This document shows, one piece after another, positions 39,830 through 48,986 of a DNA stretch of 64,000 nt. Under the pieces are notes generated by a model, which saw only the letters and a program-made list of their open reading frames with translations, did no database searches and was not told the DNA's origin. The DNA is taken from the NCBI GenBank assembly GCA_963675495.1, contig OY776215.1:1728001-1792000 (forward strand), in the 5' to 3' direction. Both the position numbers and the translations under genes were made by a program. Positions within the stretch are counted from its first letter, which is position 1; each line of letters starts with the position of its first letter. This DNA is from an uncultured Methanolobus sp. (GTDB lineage Archaea; Halobacteriota; Methanosarcinia; Methanosarcinales; Methanosarcinaceae).

Positions 39830-40759
39830 TTAATCTTCAAACTCAGCGAGCGCTGTACTGAGGTATCTCTCACCTGTGTCCGGTAATATCACAACTATGA
39901 GTTTTCCGGCATTTTCTTCTCTTCCTGCCACTTGCAAAGCTGCATGAAGAGCTGCACCGCATGAGATTCCTGCAAGTATTCCTTCCTTTTTTGCAAGTTC
40001 TCTTGCAGTTTCAAAAGCATCGTCATTACTAACTCTCACAACCTCATCGATGATATCCATATTTAGTACATCAGGGATAAAACCGGCACCAATTCCCTGT
40101 ATCTTGTGGGGTCCGGGTTTCCCGCCGGAAAGAACAGGTGAATCATCAGGTTCAACTGCTATTGCTTTAAAACCAGGCTTTCGGGATCTTATTACTTCTG
40201 AGATTCCGGTAATTGTTCCTCCTGTACCGACACCTGCCACGAGATAATCTATTTTCCCATCTGTGTCATTCCATATTTCCTCAGCCGTGGTACGGCGGTG
40301 GATATCAGGATTTGCAGGGTTCATGAATTGGTGAGGAACAAAAGAGTTTGCAGTTTTCTTTGCCAGATCACTGGCTTCGTCTATGGCACCTTTCATGCCT
40401 TTGCTACCAGGGGTGAGTACTATCTCAGCACCTAACAATCTCAGTATTTTCCTTCTTTCCATACTCATTGTATCAGGCATGGTCAAAATGAGACGGTATC
40501 CTTTTGCTGCACAGACAAATGCAAGACCAATACCTGTATTTCCCGAAGTTGGTTCAATAATGACCGTATCTTTATTGAGACAATCATCTTTTTCAGCAGT
40601 CTCTATCATGTTCAGGGCAATACGGTCCTTAACAGAACTTAGAGGGTTGAAAGATTCTACTTTTGCAATCACGGTTGCATAACATCCCTCATTTATTCTG
40701 TTCAAGCGTACAAGTGGTGTATTACCAACGGTTTTAGTGATGTCTTGGTAGATTCGCAT
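39830..40759 (-). CDS. cysK: Cysteine synthase A (O-acetylserine sulfhydrylase)
   Basis: [22 protein letters not shown] and HKIQGIG motifs. Confidence 0.96.
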   Translation of the reverse strand: MRIYQDITKTVGNTPLVRLNRINEGCYATVIAKVESFNPLSSVKDRIALNMIETAEKDDCLNKDTVIIEPTSGNTGIGLAFVCAAKGYRLILTMPDTMSMERRKILRLLGAEIVLTPGSKGMKGAIDEASDLAKKTANSFVPHQFMNPANPDIHRRTTAEEIWNDTDGKIDYLVAGVGTGGTITGISEVIRSRKPGFKAIAVEPDDSPVLSGGKPGPHKIQGIGAGFIPDVLNMDIIDEVVRVSNDDAFETARELAKKEGILAGISCGAALHAALQVAGREENAGKLIVVILPDTGERYLSTALAEFED

Positions 40760-40831
40760 TTTCTCAACTCCCTATATTAGTCAGCTCTTGATATTCCAAA
40801 ATAATATGAAAATACTTTCAAATTTATGTCC

Positions 40832-41797
40832 TCACTTTTTTTCCTTAAAAATGAGCCTTGGTTCCTCAATGACAACCTTCGTATCCGGTGGAACGGATCT
40901 AGTTAACCACACGCTACCACCAATAACCGAACGTGCTCCGATTACAGTTTCTCCGCCAAGTATGGTTGCGTTTGAATAGATTATAACGTTATCTTCTATG
41001 GTAGGGTGTCTCTTTTCTCCACGAATGAGCTTGCCGGTGTCATCTTTTGGGAAACTCAGGGAACCAAGGGTAACACCCTGATAGATACGGACGTTGTTTC
41101 CAATTTCACATGTCTCACCAATGACGACACCTGTTCCATGGTCGATGAAGAATCCATTTCCTATCCTGGCTCCAGGGTGAATATCAATTCCAACGATACT
41201 GTGAGCATATTCTGTCATTATTCGTGGAACTATGGAAATTCCCTGTTTGTGCAGTTCATGGGCTGATCTGTAGACCGTCATGGCAAGTAGGCCAGGGTAA
41301 CTGAAAATGATCTCATCATAATTTTTAGCTGCAGGGTCTCCCTCGTATATGGCAATAATATCCGATGCCAGCATGGACCGTATTTCGGGAATCTTTTTCA
41401 GGAACTTCAATGTTTCCTCATGTCCGCGGTCAATACATTCGGTGCATTCTTCTTCAAAGCGATTGCATTCATGTATGATGCTGTTGGTTATTTGTTTTGA
41501 GAGTTTGCTAAAGAGTTCGGTAATCTCGTTTCCGATGTGATATGAAAGTGTGTTCCTGTCAACAGTCTGATCCCCAAAGTAACCGGGAAAAAGAATGTCC
41601 TTTATCAGATCAATTATTTCTATAAGCGATTCTTTTGATGGTATTACTGCAGCATCAAGATGGTCAAAGCACCCCTTTTCAGAGCAACTGTTTATGACCA
41701 TGTCCACAATTTCAGGGATTTCTGACCGGTATTCGTTATCGATCATAGAATCCAGTATCACGCATCTTTGCTTTTGCGCTGGTGATTTTTTATCCAT
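40832..41797 (-). CDS. cysE: Serine O-acetyltransferase
   Basis: GDPAA, GIDIHPGA, FIDHGTGVVIGET and KRHPT hexapeptide-repeat motifs; upstream of cysK. Confidence 0.93.
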   Translation of the reverse strand: MDKKSPAQKQRCVILDSMIDNEYRSEIPEIVDMVINSCSEKGCFDHLDAAVIPSKESLIEIIDLIKDILFPGYFGDQTVDRNTLSYHIGNEITELFSKLSKQITNSIIHECNRFEEECTECIDRGHEETLKFLKKIPEIRSMLASDIIAIYEGDPAAKNYDEIIFSYPGLLAMTVYRSAHELHKQGISIVPRIMTEYAHSIVGIDIHPGARIGNGFFIDHGTGVVIGETCEIGNNVRIYQGVTLGSLSFPKDDTGKLIRGEKRHPTIEDNVIIYSNATILGGETVIGARSVIGGSVWLTRSVPPDTKVVIEEPRLIFKEKK

Positions 41798-42098
41798 AGT
41801 TTACCACTACCTGTTTTTGACTAGTTGAATTGTTAACGGTGTGAACGCGTGTTATGCTTTAAAGAATCGGTGAATTATGTAGTACTAATTTTTCCGGCAA
41901 AGTATCTGTCGAAAATCAATTAATGGTCTACTTTCAGCACTCCCATATGATGGTTGAAAGCAATGAGATTTAAAAGCTTTGAAGTTACATAAATACCAGT
42001 CTAAAAATGAGAGTTTAGGATCCAGGAAGGGAACATTTTTCATCTGCTTCTCCGTGAATTTAAACAACTCTTAAATACCAGACAATAATAGACCTTTT

Positions 42099-43256
42099 AT
42101 GAAACTTTCCGGGAGCCTATTGAAGATCATAAGTGAAGACCTGATGCCTGTAACTGAAATTGATATAAGGGCTCTGGCGGAAATCTATGCTGAAAAGGAT
42201 ATTTACCTTTCAGTCTATCTTCCGGTGTCCGGAAGGGAAAACGAACATTTGAATCGCATATTTGTGGATTCAAGAGTGAAGTCGATCAAAAAAGCTTTGT
42301 CTTCTAAGCTCAGGTCTGAATTTGAAAAGACCTTTGATATGGCTGAAAAATCAATATTTGAACCTCCAATTTCCGGTGAGAAAGGCAGGGTTATCTTTGC
42401 CAGTTCATCAGAATCTTTCCTGCACGTTTACAAACTGGCTGTGGAGCCGGAGCAGTCACTGGTTCTTGATACATCACCTTTTTTGCTGCCACTGGCAAAA
42501 CTGAGGGCAGACTATGATGACTATGGCGTACTGCTTGTTGATTCCCAGGAGGCTAAGTTCACATGTGTACGCTCGGATCTCACAGAGGAAAAAAAACACC
42601 TATCTATAGACCTGATGAACAAGCACAAAAAAGGAGGATGGAGTCAGATGCGCTTCAACCACCTGAGAAAAGGGGCGATAAAATCCTTTTTGTCTGAAGT
42701 TGCTGATAACATCAAAGGCACATGTGACCAGCTACAGACAAGAGGTCTGGTAATTGCCGGACCCGGAGAGGCAAAACAACAACTAATGGACTTGCTACCA
42801 CAGGATGTCCGGCAGAGTGTACTGGGTGTTATTGACGTAGCAATGGATATTTCCCTTGATGAACTGGTAGAGGAAAGCTATTCTGTCCTGCACGAAAATG
42901 AACTTTCCATATCAAAGAAAAAAGCGAATGAGTTAAAAAACGCAATCTTAAAGGGTGGACTGGCTGTCCATGGTGTGGAAGATGTCAGAGATGCTCTGGA
43001 GCAGGGAAGAGTAAATGTCCTGCTGATCCTGAAGGGTTCATCAGTTTCCGGGTGGATATGTGAGAGATGCCAGAATCTCCAGGCAAATGTTCAGCCTCCG
43101 AAGGAATGTGACAGGTGCGGGGGTCCAACATCAGTTATTGATGTGGTGGAAGAACTCTATGAACTTGCCCAGCGCACAGGTTCAGAGGTCGAATTCGTGG
43201 AAAAAGAGGATTTTCTGGACTCTGATGATGTGGTGGGTGCGTTACTTAGATACTGA
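42099..43256 (+). CDS. aRF1/Vms1-like release-factor paralog (baeRF family)
   Basis: LSVYLP, KHKKGGWSQMRF, LVIAGPGEAK, Zn-ribbon insertion and VGALLRY end; no GGQ or NIKS. Confidence 0.8.
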   Translation: MKLSGSLLKIISEDLMPVTEIDIRALAEIYAEKDIYLSVYLPVSGRENEHLNRIFVDSRVKSIKKALSSKLRSEFEKTFDMAEKSIFEPPISGEKGRVIFASSSESFLHVYKLAVEPEQSLVLDTSPFLLPLAKLRADYDDYGVLLVDSQEAKFTCVRSDLTEEKKHLSIDLMNKHKKGGWSQMRFNHLRKGAIKSFLSEVADNIKGTCDQLQTRGLVIAGPGEAKQQLMDLLPQDVRQSVLGVIDVAMDISLDELVEESYSVLHENELSISKKKANELKNAILKGGLAVHGVEDVRDALEQGRVNVLLILKGSSVSGWICERCQNLQANVQPPKECDRCGGPTSVIDVVEELYELAQRTGSEVEFVEKEDFLDSDDVVGALLRY

Positions 43257-43295
43257 GAGATAATTATCTCTCTGTTTTTCAATGATCCTTGCTGA

Positions 43296-43970
43296 TCATT
43301 TGATGCAGTAAAAACCAGCCTGCATGTAAGAATACCAGAACAATTCTACGGTCCTGAATCCTGTTTTTCTTAGTAGTTCCAGATGTTCTTCAATTGTTAT
43401 GGGAAAATATTCAGTATCAAAACGCTTAAGGTGAGTTTCTATTTCTTCCATGCTTCTTCCATGGGTGGACTGGAACTCTCCCCAGTAACTTTTTCCAACA
43501 TCAACGCCTTTTTCTGTAAGCGGCCTGATGTTTTCAAAAGTGATGAAAATAGCATCTTGTTTTAGTAGTTCATGACATACTTTTACGGCTTTGGTTCTTT
43601 TTTCAGGGCTAAGATAATGATGGCATTGGATGGCAGTAATAACATCCGGCCTTTCATTAAGTTCCTGTGAGAATTCCTGTGTTGATGAAGTTCTCAGAAA
43701 TTCAAGCCTTCTGGGAGTATATGATGAAAGTTTTTCCCTTGCATGTTGCAGCATTCCCTCAGATGGGTCAAGCATAAGAAATTTTGTATCAGGGAACTGT
43801 TCAATTGCTTTTGTAACCAGTGAACCGGTACCACATCCGGTATCCATCCAGACATTCGGGCTATTAGGTAGTGACCTGACAAGGTTGATGGTTTCCTGAT
43901 GGAAAATTGAGTAATAAGGAAGAACTGCAGATATTTTTGTATCGTAATCCTCGGGAGGATGAGGTGTCAT
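43296..43970 (-). CDS. Class I SAM-dependent methyltransferase
   Basis: MDTGCGTG and LDPSEGML motifs; start uncertain. Confidence 0.85.
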   Translation of the reverse strand: MTPHPPEDYDTKISAVLPYYSIFHQETINLVRSLPNSPNVWMDTGCGTGSLVTKAIEQFPDTKFLMLDPSEGMLQHAREKLSSYTPRRLEFLRTSSTQEFSQELNERPDVITAIQCHHYLSPEKRTKAVKVCHELLKQDAIFITFENIRPLTEKGVDVGKSYWGEFQSTHGRSMEEIETHLKRFDTEYFPITIEEHLELLRKTGFRTVELFWYSYMQAGFYCIK

Positions 43971-44144
43971 ATTTTCAGAGGGCTCTGTAGAGGACATGTA
44001 CAAAGTTGGACTATTTTTTACTTTATATCTCCTTTGGAAGAACACTTATATAATGTAACAATTAAATGACTGATTAGTCAATTTTAGATATGGACTATAG
44101 AAAAACAAATACTGAAAGAGTGCAATTATAATTACAATTCGTTA

Positions 44145-45374
44145 TTGAATAAGAGGATGAATTCAATGTTATACAGAAAAATGCCAAATAACGGCGATGA
44201 GCTTTCAATACTTGGTTTTGGAGCCATGCGCCTGCCGGTCACAGAAGATGGGAGCATTGATGAGGAAAAAGCTATGCAAATGGTTCGCCACTCAATAGAT
44301 AATGGAGTGAATTATGTGGATACAGCATGGCCTTATCATATGGGTGCAAGTGAGCCTTTCCTTGCACGTGCACTTGCAGATGGATATAGGGAAAAAGTGA
44401 AACTTGCTACTAAACAACCACAATGGATGGTCAAAAAACCAGAGGATATGGACAGGTTCCTCAATGCCCAGCTTGAGAAGCTGAATACGGATCACATTGA
44501 TTACTATCTCATTCACAGCCTTGTGGGCAGTAGCTGGGAGAATATCCGGGATCTTGGTGTGGCTGAATTCCTTGACAGAGCCAAAGCTGACGGACGTATC
44601 ATCAATGCAGGTTTCTCATACCATGGCGATCCTGAGGATTTCGTACCAATTGTGGACGGCTATGACTGGGATTTCTGTCAGATCCAGTATAATTTCCTGG
44701 ATGAGAACGTTCAGGCAGGGACAGAAGGACTTGAGTATGCCGCCTCCAAAGGTCTTGGTGTTGTGGTAATGGAACCTCTGCGTGGTGGAAACCTTGCGAA
44801 TCCTATTCCTGCTGAAGCAATGGATATTTGGAACGAGGCGGGTACCAGTCGCAGTCCTGTAGAGTGGGCATTGCGCTGGGTCTGGAACCATCCAGAAGTC
44901 ACTGTTGTGCTTTCCGGTATGACCGAGCCATCTCATGTAGAAGAGAACCTGAAGATTGCAAAGGAAGGTCTTGCCAATTCACTGACCGAAAAAGAGCTGA
45001 AACTTGTTAGCAGGGTTGCGGAGAAATACGCTGAACTCATGAAGATCAACTGCACTGGTTGCAGATACTGTATGCCATGTCCTGAGGGCGTAGATATCCC
45101 TGCATGTTTTGAGATGTACAATAACCTGTACATGTTTGGTGATAAGAACGGAATGCTGAAAATGATGTATGCTGCGAAGCTTGGCGACGTACTCAGAGGA
45201 GCCGAGACGAATTTCGCTTCACAATGTGTACAATGCGGTCAGTGTCTGGATGCATGTCCTCAACATATACCGATACCTGACATGCTGGAAAAGGTTGCAG
45301 AGGAATTCGAAGGTCCTGGTATGGAAGAGCGAAGGGTTTTTGTCAAGCAGCTGTTTGCTAACGATAGCTGTTAG
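44145..45374 (+). CDS. Aldo/keto reductase with a C-terminal 4Fe-4S dicluster
   Basis: LGFGAMRLP, DTAWPYH, MEPLRGG, CTGCRYCMPCP and CVQCGQCLDACP motifs. Confidence 0.92.
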   Translation: MNKRMNSMLYRKMPNNGDELSILGFGAMRLPVTEDGSIDEEKAMQMVRHSIDNGVNYVDTAWPYHMGASEPFLARALADGYREKVKLATKQPQWMVKKPEDMDRFLNAQLEKLNTDHIDYYLIHSLVGSSWENIRDLGVAEFLDRAKADGRIINAGFSYHGDPEDFVPIVDGYDWDFCQIQYNFLDENVQAGTEGLEYAASKGLGVVVMEPLRGGNLANPIPAEAMDIWNEAGTSRSPVEWALRWVWNHPEVTVVLSGMTEPSHVEENLKIAKEGLANSLTEKELKLVSRVAEKYAELMKINCTGCRYCMPCPEGVDIPACFEMYNNLYMFGDKNGMLKMMYAAKLGDVLRGAETNFASQCVQCGQCLDACPQHIPIPDMLEKVAEEFEGPGMEERRVFVKQLFANDSC

Positions 45375-45475
45375 ATCCTTAGAATAATACAATGATTGCA
45401 GATAGGGACATCAGATAACCGTAGAGAACCTTAAAGGATTAGCTGGATTTCAGTTGTAGCGAGGAGGTGCTGAAC

Positions 45476-45592
45476 ATGCTTTTCCTTGCACAACCGAACT
45501 CTTGCCTTGTGCTTGCATCTGTGTTGTTGACACTGGCATCTGCTCTTATACTGAAAAGGAGTTTTGTCAAATGGGGCAAGTACTGTGTATGA
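45476..45592 (+). CDS. Putative 38-aa single-TM small protein
   Basis: MLFLAQPNSCLVLASVLLTLASALILKRSFVKWGKYCV with a GAGGAGGTG RBS 6 nt upstream. Confidence 0.5.
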   Translation: MLFLAQPNSCLVLASVLLTLASALILKRSFVKWGKYCV

Positions 45593-45728
45593 TATTTATT
45601 TCAATTGAAATTTTATAAAATACAAATAACAAATTAATTAAATAGTATCATTGAGTTTGTTTATGGTGTAGCTATTCTACATTGTTTTGTAGAGTGTTTT
45701 CTTCTATCAATAAAAAGAGCTGAATTTT

Positions 45729-46514
45729 ATGGGAAAGGCATTACTTGATGTTCTGTTTGCTTCTGAAAAAAGAAAGAATGTGATTCTATTACTGAAAGAT
45801 GGCTCTAAGGAAATGAGTTTTCTACTTGATAGTATCAATACTTCAAGACAGGCATTACTTCCGCAGATGAAGATCTTGAAAGAGCACAATCTCATTTATC
45901 AATCGGATGATAGTTACGGGTTGACAAGTATTGGAAATTTATTAGTTAATGAAATGAAACCCTTTCTGGATACTATTGAAACACTGGATGAAAGTAGTCG
46001 CTATTTCACGCAACACAAACTAGATGCTATTCCAAAACATCTCCTGAAAAGGATAAATGATATTAGGGGTTTAACTCTTGTAGAACCCGGATATGTTAAT
46101 TCAATTGAACTCAATGCAGATTATCTTACAGATTGTCTTGACTCCAAAGCTGTTTACTTTGTTTATACTTTTATGCATCCAGGAGCCCTGCCTGTTTTAG
46201 ACCAGTTGACTGATAAAGGCATAGAGGTTTTTATTATCTTTTCTAAAGAACTTATCTCTAAATTGATCGATGAAATGTATGCTGAATGTAAATCTGCTTT
46301 TGGACTTGAAAATGTTAAGATATATGTGTACGAAAGAGATGTAGAAATTTCATCGCTCACGGTTTCTGACACTGGTTTTCTTTTAAGGCTACTTTCCAAA
46401 GATAATGAATTTAGCAATAAACAGGTTATATGCTCCAGTCCAGAAGGGCGCAAATGGGGTAAGGACCTTTATGATTATTACCTTAAAGATGCAGAGCTGA
46501 TAAGTGAAATATAA
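45729..46514 (+). CDS. Winged-HTH/DUF1724 transcriptional regulator (third paralog)
   Basis: LFASEKRKNVILLL and KWGKDLYDYY motifs. Confidence 0.85.
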   Translation: MGKALLDVLFASEKRKNVILLLKDGSKEMSFLLDSINTSRQALLPQMKILKEHNLIYQSDDSYGLTSIGNLLVNEMKPFLDTIETLDESSRYFTQHKLDAIPKHLLKRINDIRGLTLVEPGYVNSIELNADYLTDCLDSKAVYFVYTFMHPGALPVLDQLTDKGIEVFIIFSKELISKLIDEMYAECKSAFGLENVKIYVYERDVEISSLTVSDTGFLLRLLSKDNEFSNKQVICSSPEGRKWGKDLYDYYLKDAELISEI

Positions 46515-46627
46515 TTGTTTATGTTTCTTTTTTCTGACAAAAAGAGTAATTTAAACTGTTGTAATAAATTCGATACAATGAAATTAAGATCATATTTATT
46601 GTTTTTATTGCCAAAGTTAGGTTAAAT

Positions 46628-46711
46628 ATGAGCAATTACACAATCGAAGAAAAAATCCTTTTAGTGGAAGAGTACATCCACCTTAGAAAATCTATGTGTT
46701 GTGAGAGATAG
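46628..46711 (+). pseudogene. Truncated 5' duplicate of the downstream GNAT gene
   Basis: MSNYTIEEKILLVEEYIHLRKS matches MIDYTIEEKLPSVEEYIQLRKS (47381), then similarity stops. Confidence 0.7.
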
Positions 46712-46821
46712 CTAGTTATATTCAGGATATATAGAGCATTAATCTGCTACCTCTGCAATTACGACTTCAAAGTTCTTGCAGGGTATGGAAAATATATCAT
46801 TGGATTCTGTGGAGAAGTATA

Positions 46822-47268
46822 ATGATAACACATGAACAAATATTCAGGAAGGTAATCCATTTAGTGACGCTTGTCGTCCTATACGTCCTCTTGCTGGGAA
46901 TAATCATAGGATTGTTTAATATTTTCCAGAATATAGGATACGTCTGGCTGACAAAGGGTGGCTTTGGCCAGGTAGTGTACAGTGTTCTGACAATTTTTGT
47001 CCTTATTGATCTCTTCAAGGCATTTTCAGATTACCACGTTCACGAAAGGATCAGGCTTACGTATGTAAGTGATGCCACGATCATGATAGTTTTGCGTGAG
47101 GTCACTGTATTGATATACAGTCATGAATTTGAAACAGAGCTTTTATTGTCATTCTCGGCATTGCTTCTGGTATTGGGCATTATAAGGGCTATAGCTGTCA
47201 GGTTTCCACCAAGTGAAAATTCAGACCCCATTTCACCTATCAAAGAAAAGAATATTGAAGAAGAATAA
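46822..47268 (+). CDS. PsiE-like membrane protein
   Basis: Four TM helices; LIDLFK and DATIMIVLREV motifs. Confidence 0.8.
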   Translation: MITHEQIFRKVIHLVTLVVLYVLLLGIIIGLFNIFQNIGYVWLTKGGFGQVVYSVLTIFVLIDLFKAFSDYHVHERIRLTYVSDATIMIVLREVTVLIYSHEFETELLLSFSALLLVLGIIRAIAVRFPPSENSDPISPIKEKNIEEE

Positions 47269-47380
47269 GATATAAATCCCTGTTCTGCAGAAGAAATTTG
47301 TAACTAAATTTGAATAATCTGGCATGGAAATGAGAATTGAGTTTGTGAAGCTTTTGTTCGTGGATGTGTGAAGCAATAGT

Positions 47381-47794
47381 ATGATAGATTACACCATAGA
47401 AGAAAAGCTCCCTTCAGTGGAGGAATATATCCAGCTACGAAAATCAGTTGGTTGGCCCTATCCCAACAAAAAATCAATAGAGAAGAGCCTGAACAATTCC
47501 AACTATTGCGTTTGTGCTGTTGAAAAAGGCAGGGTCATAGGCATGTCCCGTGTGGTAGGAGATGACAGTTTCATCTTTTTCATTGCGGATGTCATCGTTC
47601 TGCCGAAATACCAGAACCAAGGTATTGGTACTGCACTCATGGAAAAGATAATGTCATATCTGAAGGAGAATGTGCAGGAATATTCTTATATTACCCTGAT
47701 GTCAGCAAAAGGAAGAGAGGCCTTTTACGAAAAGTTTGGTTTTTTCAAGAGGCCTGTGGGTGAGTATGGGTGTGGGATGATGGTTGAACTTTAA
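47381..47794 (+). CDS. GNAT family acetyltransferase
   Basis: VLPKYQNQGIG and FYEKFGF motifs. Confidence 0.9.
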   Translation: MIDYTIEEKLPSVEEYIQLRKSVGWPYPNKKSIEKSLNNSNYCVCAVEKGRVIGMSRVVGDDSFIFFIADVIVLPKYQNQGIGTALMEKIMSYLKENVQEYSYITLMSAKGREAFYEKFGFFKRPVGEYGCGMMVEL

Positions 47795-48267
47795 AATGAG
47801 ATTTTTAAGAGATCTTGTAGTGTAAGATCTATCGGGCAAGTATGCTATCTTCTTGCAAACCATTTTTATTCCATTCAATTTAATATAATTCTTTATGGTT
47901 TCTCCTGATCCTATAATTTGAAAAATCACCCGAAAAATATAAATGCTATTTATGAATTCATGATTTTGAACCATGCTCCATTCAAAGCAGTAATAGACCA
48001 AAATCCAAGATTATATGCGTTTTATTAAATACAAAAATAATCAAATGCGTTTTAATTATTTATAAATTCAGCATCATACGGCTTGTTGTGTTTATGCAAA
48101 TACCTTCTGACATAAATTCTTCAACAATATTTAAATATGATAATTCGGAATGTGTTTTACAAAAAATATAAATATGGTTAGTTTGTTTTACCCTCGTGCT
48201 GTACTCCTTAAAAACAGTAATAAAATCAAAATTATCTCGAACTCTCATAAATTAATGAGGTGTAAAA

Positions 48268-48432
48268 ATGGAAATCGAAGATCTTGTTCTATCTACTCTT
48301 GCTATTGGTATTCTGGTAAGTTTTTTCATCTACGCTATGACGAACTCTCTTCACTCTAGTCTACCATTGGTTGAAACTCTGGCAATTGGTGGTCTTTGGG
48401 CCTATCTTTTCAATAATCCGAATATTTTATAG
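48268..48432 (+). CDS. Unannotated 54-aa hydrophobic protein, copy 1
   Basis: MEIEDLVLSTLAIGILVSFFIYAMTNSLHSSLPLVETLAIGGLWAYLFNNPNIL; GAGGTG RBS; paralog at 50673. Confidence 0.8.
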   Translation: MEIEDLVLSTLAIGILVSFFIYAMTNSLHSSLPLVETLAIGGLWAYLFNNPNIL

Positions 48433-48847
48433 AATCTCATATCTTGCTTCAATGTACCTGATGTGAGTATGTGTTATGGAATGCTGGTTGGGATTTGAGA
48501 TAAGTCAGCAAATCTTATTTTTGGATTCATAAAGACAAAGACAATCTTTTTTTTATATAGTTAGTGAGTTTAAATTGGGCATTAGATTTTGATTTGATTA
48601 AATGACTTGTAGCATAGTTTTACGGGAATTTTAAATAATGTAGTTTAAAGTTCAGTGCCATACATTTTATATATTTATTGAATTGCCTTTTTATTTCATG
48701 TTCATTCAAAACATAAAAAAAATCAAATTCAAGGACATATGCCGTTTTGTTACTCCAGGTACGTTCAAATGTCCGTTTAAGATTTCTAAATAAAAATCAA
48801 TAGCAATGAATTTTTTCTGATTGTTTTCTAACAAAAGTTAAACAATC

Positions 48848-48878
48848 TTTATATATAGGAATAAGGAATCTGTTTTCC
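48848..48878 (+). promoter_or_regulatory. TATA box followed by an NrpR-type operator GGAA-N6-TTCC
   Basis: TTTATATA at about 48848; GGAA TCTGTT TTCC at 48865-48878, upstream of the APC permease. Confidence 0.55.
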
Positions 48879-48986
48879 GAAAAATATAAGTAGTATGTAT
48901 TACTTTTTGATTTTACATCATAATTTCTTCAAAACAGAATATGGTTAAAATTGTATGCAACTATCAAAAATATATGGGATGTACGA

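Noticed and set aside
47702-48248. Minus-strand ORFs in an AT-rich spacer
   Set aside because: No recognisable motifs or RBS; likely spurious.
48433-48500. Conserved Pyl-containing extension of the 54-aa proteins
   Set aside because: Sequences after TAG differ completely between the two copies.
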